NCBI GenBank assembly: GCA_041601615.1
Contig: JBFIHX010000001.1
Span: 128,001 to 192,000 of the forward strand
Reading direction: 5' to 3'
DNA from: Thermoplasmatota archaeon
Lineage (GTDB): Archaea; Thermoplasmatota; E2; JACPAO01; JAHFTW01
DNA: 64,000 nucleotides
The notes beneath the pieces were generated by a model. The model saw only the letters and a program-made list of their open reading frames with translations, was not told where the DNA came from and made no database searches. Made by a program: the position numbers and the translations under genes. Positions 1 through 10,196 of the stretch are shown here, one piece after another. The stretch's first letter is position 1. Each line of letters starts with the position of its first letter.

Positions 1-2
1 CC

Positions 3-1082
3 GCGTTTGCCATTGCTCCAGAGGGAGTGTTCCAAGTGGAGGTCAATCCGACTCAGGACCGGGACGGGGGTGTGGCAGCGGCCCACTTGGAGGCATCCAT
101 TGCGTTTGCGGACGCTCCTGCTCCTGTGCGGGTGACTCGAAATGGGGAGCCCGTGTCGGACGTGGTCGTTTCGGCGTATGCACGACTTTCGGATGTTGGG
201 TCGGCGGCGGCTTTGGCGGAGGCAACGACAGACGCGGAGGGCTGGGCTTTCCTGGATGTGCCCGTGGGCAACCATACCGTTGTTGCGTCCGGCTCTGCGG
301 CTTCCTTGACGGTGTCGCCCGCCTCGTACCGCGACCGCTCGGTGATCGCCATTGATCGCGTATGGACAACACCTGCAGTTCCGTTGGTGGGCGAGACGGT
401 TACCGTGCACGCAGCGGTGGTCAATCTAGGCGGAGAGACGGGGGACCACAGCATCGACTTTCGCATCGGGGACTTACGCTTCGCGTATCGATACGTGCTG
501 TTGAGTCCAGGTGAGCACAAGGACGCCACGGCGCAGTTCCGAATGGGGTCAACGTCTGAGACCATCCAAGTGGACAACCAAACGGTTCCGGTCGCGGGCA
601 AGGTGCAATCCAATGCACCCATTTTGCTTACGGATCCCGATATTCGATCCTCTGATAGTTTGCAGGCGGACGTGGCCGACGAAGTCCTTGGTGATGCTCA
701 ACGGGCGCTTGCCAGCCTCATGATGGTGGCACTCATGTCCAGTCTAGCCGTGGTGTACTTGGCAACTGAGCGTACGCTGCGCGGACGCGTCCACGTGGCT
801 CGCATTTTGCATGCGCTCGGTCAGGATGTTGCAGCCATTCGTCGTCGTGCGTCTTGGGAAGCCGTGGGACTCACCGCGGTTGCGTTTTTGGCGGCAACGC
901 TGCTGATCAAAATGATGCTGTGGTCGTTCCGATTGGCGGGCGCTCCGGTGGTGTTTGCGCACGTCCTTCCGGATCCGTTTGGGGTGCTTTTGACGACGCA
1001 AGCGTTGGCGGCATTCTCTGCCACGGCGGCGCTGGCGGCGACGCTGGCTGCAGGTGCTGTGCTGAACGAGCAACGGTCCTAG
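3..1082 (+). CDS. 5'-truncated membrane protein with Ig-like/CARDB domain and FtsX-like C-terminal permease helices
   Basis: Frame is open from the window edge; CARDB-like segment (PLVGETVTVHAAVVNLGGETG...LSPGE); 3-4 hydrophobic helices with RILHALG, resembling the FtsX C-terminus. Confidence 0.6.
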   Translation, partial: AFAIAPEGVFQVEVNPTQDRDGGVAAAHLEASIAFADAPAPVRVTRNGEPVSDVVVSAYARLSDVGSAAALAEATTDAEGWAFLDVPVGNHTVVASGSAASLTVSPASYRDRSVIAIDRVWTTPAVPLVGETVTVHAAVVNLGGETGDHSIDFRIGDLRFAYRYVLLSPGEHKDATAQFRMGSTSETIQVDNQTVPVAGKVQSNAPILLTDPDIRSSDSLQADVADEVLGDAQRALASLMMVALMSSLAVVYLATERTLRGRVHVARILHALGQDVAAIRRRASWEAVGLTAVAFLAATLLIKMMLWSFRLAGAPVVFAHVLPDPFGVLLTTQALAAFSATAALAATLAAGAVLNEQRS

Positions 1083-1228
1083 TCGGCGTCGTCTGGCTGG
1101 ACGCAGGCTGCTAGGGTACGAAATCAGGAGGTGGGAAGTTGCGAAGGTGCGAGAAGCTGATGTCGCGGGAGTGCGTAGGAGATGGAGATTGAGGGAGAAA
1201 GGGGTGCCAGGGCGCTCGCAGGGTGGCC

Positions 1229-2881
1229 CTATTCCTCGGGTTCGCGCACGACGGTCCAAATGGTCAACAGCATGATTTTGATGTCCATCCACACCGACCA
1301 GTGGTGGATGTAGTGGGTGTCCAGTTCGATGCGTCGGTCGAAGCTGGGGTCGTTTTTGCAGGTGACTTGCCAGAGTCCGGTGATGCCTGGTCGTACGTCG
1401 AGGCAGCGGAAGTAGCGAAAGTCGTATTCGACGTAGGAGGCAACTTCGGAGGGGATGGGGGGCCGGGGGCCGACGAGGCTCATGTCGCCGCGAAGTACGT
1501 TCCAGAACTGCGGAATCTCGTTGATGCTGAATTTTCGCAGCACGCGCCCGACTCGGGTCAGCCGGGGATCGGAGGCGGAGTCTGCTTTGAACCAGGGCCC
1601 TTCTCGTTGGTTTTTGGCCTGCATTCCGAGTTCGATTTTTTGGGCGTCTCGGCGCATGGTGGTCAATTTGACCATGCCAAAGGTGCGGCCTTTGAGTCCG
1701 ACGCGGGAGCCTCGGTAGAAGACGGGCATTTTCCAGTCTTCGATCTTGATGGCCACGGCGGCAAGCAACAGGAACGGTGCCCCGATGGCCAATCCGACTA
1801 GGCCCCCTGCGACGTCCATGCCTCGTTTGGCCCACCATGCGAGTCGGCTCAGGGGGCGTTGGTGGATGTCGAGGAGGGTGTAGGGTCCGGCGGCCCAGGG
1901 TTGGGGTTGAATGCCCAATTCGGGGTAGTGTTCTGGGATGAGGTGGACCCCGATGCCGCGTTCTTGGCAAACAACCAGGATGCTGCGCACAGCATCTGGA
2001 GGTACGTCGGGGCCGATGTACACCTCCTCCACCAGCAATCCGTCGAGGGCGTTCACGACGTCCCCGGGTTCCAGCGTCGCGATGGGGGCGAGGATGTGGC
2101 GGGGTTGGTCGTGGATGGAACGGGTGACGACGGGGGACAAGTCGAGTGTTTGCCGGGAGACGTGCAGGTCATGGCGTTCGGCCCATTCGGTGGGAATGTG
2201 GTCGAGGATGTGGTCGGGATCGTCGGCGAGGAAGCCCACGACGCGGCGGCCAAGTTGGGGGTCTTCGACGAAGGTGCGTGCGAGGTATTGTTGCAGGCGG
2301 CCACTGCCGACGAGGACGATGTTGCGCAGGTCCCGTCCTTCAAGGTGGCGGCGGCGGACGTTGCGTTGCCATGCGCTGCGCCATGCGGCGGTGCCAAAGA
2401 GCACCATGACGGCGTCCATGGCAAGCACGGTGCGAGGCACTCGGGTCACTTCGAGGATGTACAGCATGGCAAGGAGTACGACGAAGCTTGTGACGACGGA
2501 GAGGACGACGCGGTTGTAGCTCCATTTGCCGGCGGGGTGGCGCAGGATTGCGTATTGCCCGGAGGCCCAGAGGAGGGCGGGGATCGCGGTGCTCTGGTAA
2601 ACTAGGAGGGCGGAGTAGCGGTTGGACCAGAAGGTTGGCTCGGGCGCTGCATGGAGGTAGTTCCAAAGCGGTGCCATGGCGTCCAAGTTTCGCAATTTGA
2701 GGGCGATGACGAGGGATGCGGCAACCAGCAATACGTCCAGGGCGAGGGCGGGAGCGGCGGTGGGCGGTGGCGCTCGGAAGGGGGCACCAGGTCGACCATT
2801 GCGTGCCGGCTGGGCGGCTGCGGCGCCGGTTAATTGCGCGGGGGTTACGGACGGGCCGTGTGTCGGGTTGCCCTTACTCAT
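1229..2881 (-). CDS. Polyprenyl-phosphate sugar phosphotransferase (WcaJ/WbaP-type priming glycosyltransferase)
   Basis: N-terminal TM helices, CoA-binding-like middle domain, C-terminal KRGMD...DPRLTRVGRVLRKFSINEIPQFWNVLRGDMSLVGPRP...RPGITGLWQV. Confidence 0.93.
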   Translation of the reverse strand: MSKGNPTHGPSVTPAQLTGAAAAQPARNGRPGAPFRAPPPTAAPALALDVLLVAASLVIALKLRNLDAMAPLWNYLHAAPEPTFWSNRYSALLVYQSTAIPALLWASGQYAILRHPAGKWSYNRVVLSVVTSFVVLLAMLYILEVTRVPRTVLAMDAVMVLFGTAAWRSAWQRNVRRRHLEGRDLRNIVLVGSGRLQQYLARTFVEDPQLGRRVVGFLADDPDHILDHIPTEWAERHDLHVSRQTLDLSPVVTRSIHDQPRHILAPIATLEPGDVVNALDGLLVEEVYIGPDVPPDAVRSILVVCQERGIGVHLIPEHYPELGIQPQPWAAGPYTLLDIHQRPLSRLAWWAKRGMDVAGGLVGLAIGAPFLLLAAVAIKIEDWKMPVFYRGSRVGLKGRTFGMVKLTTMRRDAQKIELGMQAKNQREGPWFKADSASDPRLTRVGRVLRKFSINEIPQFWNVLRGDMSLVGPRPPIPSEVASYVEYDFRYFRCLDVRPGITGLWQVTCKNDPSFDRRIELDTHYIHHWSVWMDIKIMLLTIWTVVREPEE

Positions 2882-4125
2882 GGTTGCCTCTTCTGGAATG
2901 CGCGATCATAGGCAGCAAGCAGGATGGGTTCCTGGAAGCGCCATTCGAGTTCGGTTTCCATGCGGCGGCGACCAAGGGCGCCCATGTTGCGGGCGCGTTC
3001 GGGGTCGTCGAGGAGTTCTGCAATGAGGTTGGCGAGGTTTTTCGGGTCGTCGTCTGCGGCATACAGGGACGCGTCGCCGGCCGAGCGGCGGCCTTCGGTG
3101 AGGTCGAATTGCACGACCGGTTTGCCGAGGGCCATGTATTCGAGCACCTTGTTCATGGTGGATTTGTCGTTGAAGGGGCTAGACGTGTCGGGGCTGACGC
3201 ACACGTCGGTGGTGCTGAGGCGTTCGATCAACTGCTTGTCGGGGACGCGGCCAGGGAACTCGACGATGTCATCGATGCCCATGTCGCGGGCGCGTTGGCG
3301 CAGTCGTTCGAGGGCGGGTCCTCCGCCGACGAGCATCCAGTGGATGTCGTCGCGGCCGGTGGTTCGCAAGTGTTGGGCTGCGTCGAGCACATGGTCGAGG
3401 CCTTCTTGTTCGCCCATGACGCCGACGTATCCGACGAGGTGGGCGCGGCCGTTGCGCCATTGGGGGTCTGGCGCGACGGGACTGAAGTCTTCGAGGCGGG
3501 GTCCGCTGCGGACGATGAAGACGTCCTCGGGTGATTTTTTGCCCCGGGTCAGGGCGACCTCTCGGTAGGATTCGTTGGTGCTGACCACCACGTCGGCGGT
3601 CCGGAAGGTGGCTCGTTCCGCGAGCAGAAGGGCGCGGTGGAAGGGGCCACGCTTCCGGTATTTGGCTTCGAAGAGTTCGGGGTTCAGGTCGTGTTGGTCA
3701 AACAGGACGCGAACTCCGTGGAATCGCTTGAACCAGCCCGCCACGAGATACAGCAAGTCGGGGGGGTTGCAGATGTGCACCAGGTCGAAGGGGTGTTCTT
3801 TCCAGATGCGGCGAGCAAGGCGGAATTCCCAGCGCAAGGCATGTGCGTATTCGCGAAAGTATCCCAGTGCGCGTTCGCCCTCGGGGGGGAGGGGGTGGCG
3901 GTGAATGTTGATGCCGTCGATCACTTCGTGCTCAGCGTCATAGCCCTTGCCCGTGGGACAAATGATGGATACTTCGTAGCCGGCGCGTCGTAGGGTGGTG
4001 GCTTCCATCCAAACGCGGCGATCGAAGGGTAGGGGGAGGTTTTCGACGATCATCAGGATGTGGTGGGGTTTCTCCTGATTCTCATGCTTGGGGGTTTGCT
4101 TGGATCGCTTGGACTGCGAGGTCAT
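2878..4125 (-). CDS. Glycosyltransferase family 4
   Basis: IVENLPLPFDRRVW N-terminus; GT-B C-terminal NKVLEYMALGKPVV; ATGA overlap with the next gene. Confidence 0.93.
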   Translation of the reverse strand: MTSQSKRSKQTPKHENQEKPHHILMIVENLPLPFDRRVWMEATTLRRAGYEVSIICPTGKGYDAEHEVIDGINIHRHPLPPEGERALGYFREYAHALRWEFRLARRIWKEHPFDLVHICNPPDLLYLVAGWFKRFHGVRVLFDQHDLNPELFEAKYRKRGPFHRALLLAERATFRTADVVVSTNESYREVALTRGKKSPEDVFIVRSGPRLEDFSPVAPDPQWRNGRAHLVGYVGVMGEQEGLDHVLDAAQHLRTTGRDDIHWMLVGGGPALERLRQRARDMGIDDIVEFPGRVPDKQLIERLSTTDVCVSPDTSSPFNDKSTMNKVLEYMALGKPVVQFDLTEGRRSAGDASLYAADDDPKNLANLIAELLDDPERARNMGALGRRRMETELEWRFQEPILLAAYDRAFQKRQP

Positions 4126-5237
4126 GGGGCACCTGCGATGCTCTGGGTGTACAAGGAGTGGAGCGCTAGGCGCACCGATGCTGGGTCGAAGGGACGTGCG
4201 GCTTCCTTTGCCGCTATGCCGAGTCGTTTTCGTGTTTTGGGCTCAAGGGCGAGGCGGCGCATCGCTGCGGCGATGGCGGGGACGTCTCCGGGGGCAACCA
4301 GTAGGCCGTTTTCTCCGTCTTGGATGACGTCTCCTATGCCGCCGACGGGGGTGACGATGGGGGGTATGCCTGTAGCCATGGCTTCCAACATGGCGACGGG
4401 CAGGCCTTCATTGTGGGACGGGAGGATGAAGACGTCGCTGGCGGAGAGTTGCTCCTGTTTTTCCTCTTCGCTGACCCAACCCGTTGGAAATCGAATCAGG
4501 GACTCGACGCCGAGCGAGACCGCATGGGCGCGTACTTCGTCTACGGCGCCGTCGCCAAGGAGCACCAATTCCAGTTTCGGGAGGGTCTTGTCGTTGGCGA
4601 TTTGTGCGAGGGCGGAGACGAGCTCGAACGTCCCTTTTCGTTTTCCGAGTCGGCCCATGGCAATGAACCGGACGACGCCTGGTGTTGAAGTGCGCGGCAC
4701 GGGGCTTGCGATGGCGGCATTGGGAATCACGGTCACGGGCGCCTTGCAGCCGATTTCTTGTTCGTAGAACCGTTTCCATGCTGCCGAGAGGACGATGATG
4801 CCAGAGGCGCGGTCCAGGGATCGCCGTACCCAACGTTTCCCGGCGGCCGGGAGCGATTCGTACCAGGGCATGATTTGAGATCCGTGACTATGCGCGAGCA
4901 CCGGGGCTCCCAGTCGATGCGCGTGGCGAATCAGGTGTGCTTTGCGAAGGAAGCTCCCTTTCATCGCGAAGTGAATGTGGAACAAGACCGCCGGTTGCGT
5001 ACGGACGATTTTTGTCATGGCTCGTCGCGTTTGGAGGAGGGCTTGGAGATTTCGATATTGTCGACGCTCGTCCACGTATGAGTCAAGGGTCTGCAATTGC
5101 ACGTCCGTCCATTGGCTTGTGGCGATGAATTGTCGGACCATGGTCATCCCGCCTCGGATGTGATCGGCCGGACCGATTTGGACCACTAGGAGGGACGGAG
5201 TTGGGCGTGGAGAATCTTGGGGGGTTTGCCTAGCCAT
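4122..5237 (-). CDS. Glycosyltransferase family 4
   Basis: GRLGKRKG and DVFILPSHNEGLPVAMLEAMATGIP (EX7E); start chosen at ATG 5237, overlapping the upstream stop. Confidence 0.92.
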   Translation of the reverse strand: MARQTPQDSPRPTPSLLVVQIGPADHIRGGMTMVRQFIATSQWTDVQLQTLDSYVDERRQYRNLQALLQTRRAMTKIVRTQPAVLFHIHFAMKGSFLRKAHLIRHAHRLGAPVLAHSHGSQIMPWYESLPAAGKRWVRRSLDRASGIIVLSAAWKRFYEQEIGCKAPVTVIPNAAIASPVPRTSTPGVVRFIAMGRLGKRKGTFELVSALAQIANDKTLPKLELVLLGDGAVDEVRAHAVSLGVESLIRFPTGWVSEEEKQEQLSASDVFILPSHNEGLPVAMLEAMATGIPPIVTPVGGIGDVIQDGENGLLVAPGDVPAIAAAMRRLALEPKTRKRLGIAAKEAARPFDPASVRLALHSLYTQSIAGAP

Positions 5238-7083
5238 GGGATTGTGGGGTCCCACGGACGGGCCCATTTTGGTGGACGGGGGCGTGCTTGATAGGTTTCA
5301 TCCTCGCGGGGCCGTTTGTGTGCGTCGGATTCGCGTGCGTCATGGATGGGTGGCCTGGCCTTTCTGGATGGAGAGACGCGTCCATTTTGGGGCGTTTCTT
5401 GGAGCAGGCTGCAACCAGCACGATGAGCACAAGGAAAATGAATGTCGTGTGTCCGATGGGGCCACTGATCATGCTCGATTGCAGGAGCAATGCGTAGAAT
5501 ACCGCGTTCAGGGTGACGCGGGCGGGCCCATGTTCGCCGGCTTTGGCCGCGAGTCTGACGGCGAGGAAACCGAGCCCGGACATCATTGCTATGAGGCCGG
5601 GTACGCCCATGGTCAGGAGTGCTTCCATGCCGGCGTTGTGGGAGTGCCCTGGGCTATCGGCGACACGGCCCGTGGAACCCACCAGCAATGTGTCGCTGGA
5701 GTGGAATCCGTATCCTGTAAGGGGTCGTTGCAGCGATAGTTCCAGTACGCGGTCCCAGATGAGGGAACGATTCGAGAACGTGGTCACGTCATCGTACCAT
5801 TTGCCTCTCCGGGCGCTTTGAAACAGTTCGCTCGTGGCCACCGCTTCCCAGGCTTCCGTGCCAAACAGCGTCAGGATTGGGGGGCCAAGAATGACGAGGG
5901 CAGGGGCCACGGGGAGCAGGAATTTGCGGGCCGTCAGCATGAATCGATTGCCGGACCAGCCGTAGGCGAGGATGATGGCCATGGCCATGCCGAAGGGAAG
6001 GGCGGCCATTCCGGTGCGGGAGCTGGCTTGTTGGAGCATCAGGCCACCAACGGCCATGGAAGCAAGGAGGAACGGTAGCATCCAGGTCCACCGTCGGCGG
6101 CGAAGCTCGTTTGCAAATCCAATGGCCTCCGTGAGAAACAATAGAGTACTGACGAATGTCAGCCCTGCTGCGTGCGCCAAGATGCCTCGATATCGAACCA
6201 CGTCGGAGGTGGTGGAGATGAGCTCGCCATGCATGAACGGCCAGAGAGCAGCAGAAACGAGTACGATGGTCCGGAGGGACCATGTGAGCACTTGCACCGC
6301 GACTTTGAGTGGTTCTTGACTCCGTGCAATGGCCCAGAGCGTGTAGAGGGCGACGCAGCAAGTGGACAATGCCACGGCGACGGATGCGAGGCCGGCGAAG
6401 GGATTGTAGAAGACAGTGAGCGCTTGCCAAATGAAGAAGCCTAGTGTAATCCAGCCGAAGGCATCGAACGATATTTTGCGCTGGGCGACTTGGTATACCC
6501 CATACAAGCCGACGGCGACGTACAGGAATGCCTTGAAGACGCGTTGGAGGGAGATGGAGTCTTTGTCCGCGGCGCGAAATAGATCAAATTCAATGAAAAT
6601 CAGCAGTACTGCCGTGATGAGCAGGGTCCAGGGAATCGCGGTGCGCCACAAGGCGGTTCCTTTGTTGATGGGACGTCGGCGGTTCGGTGGGCCCATTGCT
6701 CTGGCCCTTCCCGTTGACTGTCGACGAGGGCTTGGTGTGTACGAGGGGTGGTTTGCAGCCCGCGGGTGCCCGCGCCCGATGGCGGTCGGGGCTTGTGCGG
6801 GAGGCCGGGGACGCCCTCCATCTGAGGCGGTCCCGGGTTCCGGCCGGCCTGCGTCGGGCTGGCGGTATGCGTTGTTCTTGGGTCTTAAAATAGCACTCTC
6901 ACGCTGCGAGGGATTTGGTGGGTTACGTCGGGGACTTGCCGAGTCCTGCTTGGCGTCTCGTACGTAGCCTCCGGAACCCTCCTTACGCAGCGCTGACGGG
7001 GGCATCGATGATTTCTGGGACGCCGAAGGGGCGCTTTGTCGCCGTTGCGACGGCGTTGTACTTGTAGCTCCTTCGTGTTCCAT
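5230..7083 (-). CDS. Wzy/O-antigen ligase family membrane protein (probable polymerase) with long low-complexity N-terminus
   Basis: About 10 TM segments; RYRGILAH, SSRTG, RSLIW...RPLTGYG and HSHN motifs of Wzy_C; start uncertain (7083 is preceded by GGAGG). Confidence 0.8.
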   Translation of the reverse strand: MEHEGATSTTPSQRRQSAPSASQKSSMPPSALRKEGSGGYVRDAKQDSASPRRNPPNPSQRESAILRPKNNAYRQPDAGRPEPGTASDGGRPRPPAQAPTAIGRGHPRAANHPSYTPSPRRQSTGRARAMGPPNRRRPINKGTALWRTAIPWTLLITAVLLIFIEFDLFRAADKDSISLQRVFKAFLYVAVGLYGVYQVAQRKISFDAFGWITLGFFIWQALTVFYNPFAGLASVAVALSTCCVALYTLWAIARSQEPLKVAVQVLTWSLRTIVLVSAALWPFMHGELISTTSDVVRYRGILAHAAGLTFVSTLLFLTEAIGFANELRRRRWTWMLPFLLASMAVGGLMLQQASSRTGMAALPFGMAMAIILAYGWSGNRFMLTARKFLLPVAPALVILGPPILTLFGTEAWEAVATSELFQSARRGKWYDDVTTFSNRSLIWDRVLELSLQRPLTGYGFHSSDTLLVGSTGRVADSPGHSHNAGMEALLTMGVPGLIAMMSGLGFLAVRLAAKAGEHGPARVTLNAVFYALLLQSSMISGPIGHTTFIFLVLIVLVAACSKKRPKMDASLHPERPGHPSMTHANPTHTNGPARMKPIKHAPVHQNGPVRGTPQSHG

Positions 7084-7257
7084 CCTCCACCGTTCCAGTT
7101 GATGGCCGCTTCTCCATTTGAAGTTGGAAAAGACGTTCCCCCGGACAACCCAGGCCAGAGCATGACAAAAAACCTTGTTGGGTCCAATCAGAGCCCATGC
7201 GCCCGATCCACCAGCCTGGAAGAAGAATGGCCCCAGGGAGAGTAGCAAGCAACAGTT

Positions 7258-8316
7258 ATGGAGGCCATCCTTGTCGCTGACCTGTCGATGACGGAAAGTA
7301 CGCAACGGGAATTGAAGGAGATTGAACCAGTTGTTCGAATCAACGACGGGCCCGAGGCACCATTGGTCTCCGTTTTGGTGACCACCTACCAGCACGAGGC
7401 ATACATTGCGCGTTGCCTCGACTCCATTTTGTCCCAGAAAACCGACTTTGCCTTTGAGATTCTACTTGGAGAGGATGCTTCAACGGATGCGACTCGAGAA
7501 ATCTGCCTGGAGTATGCCAAACGCCATCCGGATCACATTCGCCTGTTTCTCCACAACGACGCGAACCGCATCCCCATCTTTGGCAAGCAATCGGGTCGCT
7601 TCAACGTGATCTACACTCTGTCTCAAGCACGAGGAGCATTCATTGCCATCTGCGACGGAGATGATCACTTTTCGCATCCGGAGAAGCTCCAGAGGCAAGT
7701 GGACTTTCTTGTCCAGAACCCAGATTACAGTGCATGCGTCCATGCGCTCGACGTCGTGGATGCCGAGCGCGGCCACTTGTTTGTCACAAATCTTAGCAAA
7801 GGCATCCAAATCAATAAGCAGGACCCCTATTGGAACGCCACAATTGCGCCCGTCGCAATGATGTATCGGCGCGAACTTGTGGACCCGACCGAACTAATGG
7901 GGGAGTTCTACAGCGCTGATCTTGTGATACTGATGCTCTGCATTCAGAAGGGGCCCATTTGGTTCATGGAGGACGTGATGGCCGTCTACTACCGGCATGG
8001 GGGGAGCCGGACACAATCCTTAGACTACTTGGGAAATGGTCGTCGATTCATTGGATTGCTCAATTGTCTTTCCAGTGTACGTCGCACCATCAAGGCGAAG
8101 GGCGGATCGACGCGGTGGATTCTTCCTCGCGTTGCTGAAGTTCATTTCCGGTTCGCTGTGGTCTCGTTGCGCACAGGCCGCGTAGGCAATGCCCTCCGGC
8201 AAAGCGTGATGGGACTGGGTTTCACTATGGCATCTCCTGTTCGGACCGTGCGCCGAATTGCGCGAGTCCGGCGTTCGGATCGGCGCAACAAGAAGCAGTT
8301 CTCATGGAACGGGTAA
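7258..8316 (+). CDS. Glycosyltransferase family 2
   Basis: PLVSVLVTTYQHE...EDASTD...ICDGDD...KLQRQVDFL GT-A motifs. Confidence 0.93.
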   Translation: MEAILVADLSMTESTQRELKEIEPVVRINDGPEAPLVSVLVTTYQHEAYIARCLDSILSQKTDFAFEILLGEDASTDATREICLEYAKRHPDHIRLFLHNDANRIPIFGKQSGRFNVIYTLSQARGAFIAICDGDDHFSHPEKLQRQVDFLVQNPDYSACVHALDVVDAERGHLFVTNLSKGIQINKQDPYWNATIAPVAMMYRRELVDPTELMGEFYSADLVILMLCIQKGPIWFMEDVMAVYYRHGGSRTQSLDYLGNGRRFIGLLNCLSSVRRTIKAKGGSTRWILPRVAEVHFRFAVVSLRTGRVGNALRQSVMGLGFTMASPVRTVRRIARVRRSDRRNKKQFSWNG

Positions 8317-8408
8317 GCCGCCCCACATTGCCGCCGGAATTGGATCCGGATTGGGAGTTCTTGCTCCAGTGCTACCGTTTCCGCTGCATGTTGGCGGCGG
8401 GCGTGCCC

Positions 8409-9116
8409 CTAGTGGCGCTTTTGCAAAACGACGCAACTCACCGTGAATCGCCGGAACATCCAAGGCAGCTTTGCAGCCGCGGTTTTCCAGTTGCGCATGG
8501 GCGGATACGGTAGCGCCGCTCGGACCAGGGAGCGCAGTGCTTGGCTTGGTTGGAGCAGAAAATACTGTGCGTATCGATGCGATGCTACGCACTCAGAAGC
8601 GACCACTTCGCATCCTGGGAACATGGCGGCGAGGGTTTCTGGATCTGGGCGCAGTCCGTTGTCTTGGGGCGCGGCGTGGTATGGGAAGTCGCGCGGCACG
8701 GAGACGATGAGGTAGCCGCCCTTTGGCACCAGCGCGGCGAGGTTGTGCGCCAGTGCTTCCGGTGCGTCCACGTGTTCGAGGAGGTTGGCGCAAAGCACCG
8801 AGTCGATGCCGAAGGTGGACAACTCCTTGATGAACGCGTTGTCGCAGAGGTCTCCTGCGGCGTCCACGCCTGGTCCGGGAACCAGGTCGGTGTGCACGAT
8901 TCGATCTGCCAGTTCATCCAACACTTCCATGAGTTGGGCTTGGTGTGGTTGGATGCGCTCCCGCATTTGATCGTCGCCACTGCCGACGTTGAGCAAAACC
9001 CCAAGGCCGTTGGGAATATGTTCGCGGGTTGCGCGGGCCAACCACGCTGCTTCCTCGGGGAGCACAGCCACCCAGACCGGCCACTGTGCATGAACTTCAC
9101 GCACTGCTTCGGCCAT
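8409..9116 (-). CDS. Class I SAM-dependent methyltransferase-like protein
   Basis: LLNVGSG motif I; CANLLEHV; GGYLIVSVP. Confidence 0.75.
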   Translation of the reverse strand: MAEAVREVHAQWPVWVAVLPEEAAWLARATREHIPNGLGVLLNVGSGDDQMRERIQPHQAQLMEVLDELADRIVHTDLVPGPGVDAAGDLCDNAFIKELSTFGIDSVLCANLLEHVDAPEALAHNLAALVPKGGYLIVSVPRDFPYHAAPQDNGLRPDPETLAAMFPGCEVVASECVASHRYAQYFLLQPSQALRSLVRAALPYPPMRNWKTAAAKLPWMFRRFTVSCVVLQKRH

Positions 9117-9182
9117 GCGGTTCCAACCACTTTTGTAGGCGAGATTCGTGGATGCACGCGGGCCAAAACCCGTACGGTGTAC

Positions 9183-10196
9183 ATGTCGATGAAGAACCCA
9201 ACGCGAATCATGGTGACCGGTGGAGCCGGCTTCATCGGCAGCAACTACCTACACCACCGACTGCACGCCGCCGGCGCCGCCGACGACTGTTGCGCAGGTG
9301 AGGAACTTCTTGGCTCATCCGAGGGCGAGCTTCAGGTGCTGAATCTGGATGTTCTGACGTATGCTGCCGACCCTCGCAATCTCGATGGGGTGTCCGGCGA
9401 CTCCCAGTATCAATTCCAGCAGACGGACATCCGCGATGCCAATGCCGTTCGCCGCGCCGTGGCGGACTTCAAGCCGGAAGCCATTGTTCATTTTGCTGCC
9501 GAAAGCCACGTGGACCGCAGCATCGAGGGCGGGGGCGTCTTCGTCGAGACCAACGTCCTTGGCACCCAGAATCTTCTGGACGCAGCGCGCATCAACGATG
9601 TTGAAACGTTCATCCACGTCAGCACCGACGAAGTGTACGGCACCATCGATGAGGGCTCCTTCGTGGAGGGCGACCCGTACGAGCCCGGCTCCCCGTATGC
9701 AGCGAGCAAAGCGGGCTCGGACCTCATGGCGTTGGCCCACCACAACACCTACGGAATTGACGTGCGCGTCACTCGCTGCACCAACAACTACGGCCCGCGA
9801 CAGCACCCGGAAAAATTGGTGCCCAAGGCGATCACGCGCATTGCGGCCGGCGAAAGCATGCCCGTTTATGGCTCGGGAAAGAATGTGCGGGACTGGCTGT
9901 ATGTCCTGGATCATTGCCGCGCCATTGACGCGGTACTTGCCCGTGGTGCGCCGGGAGAAGTGTACAACATCGCTGGCCGAGAAGAGAAAACCAACCTGGA
10001 GATTCTCGACGTCCTCTTGGGGGCGTTTGGCGCCGGGCGGGAGCGATTGGAATTCGTGGCCGACCGACTTGGGCACGATTGGCGCTACAGCTTGGACGAT
10101 TCCAAACTTCGTGCACTGGGCTGGGCGCCGCGCGTGGCCTTTGAAGCGGGTATGCGTCGCACCATTGACTGGTACACCGGGAGGAAGGCTGCATGA
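9183..10196 (+). CDS. rfbB: dTDP-glucose 4,6-dehydratase
   Basis: [39 protein letters not shown]; start 9183 or 9189. Confidence 0.96.
   Translation: MSMKNPTRIMVTGGAGFIGSNYLHHRLHAAGAADDCCAGEELLGSSEGELQVLNLDVLTYAADPRNLDGVSGDSQYQFQQTDIRDANAVRRAVADFKPEAIVHFAAESHVDRSIEGGGVFVETNVLGTQNLLDAARINDVETFIHVSTDEVYGTIDEGSFVEGDPYEPGSPYAASKAGSDLMALAHHNTYGIDVRVTRCTNNYGPRQHPEKLVPKAITRIAAGESMPVYGSGKNVRDWLYVLDHCRAIDAVLARGAPGEVYNIAGREEKTNLEILDVLLGAFGAGRERLEFVADRLGHDWRYSLDDSKLRALGWAPRVAFEAGMRRTIDWYTGRKAA

Noticed and set aside
8541-9182. N-terminal extension of RmlB in the ORF track
   Set aside because: It is antisense to the methyltransferase gene. RmlB homology starts at about 9183.
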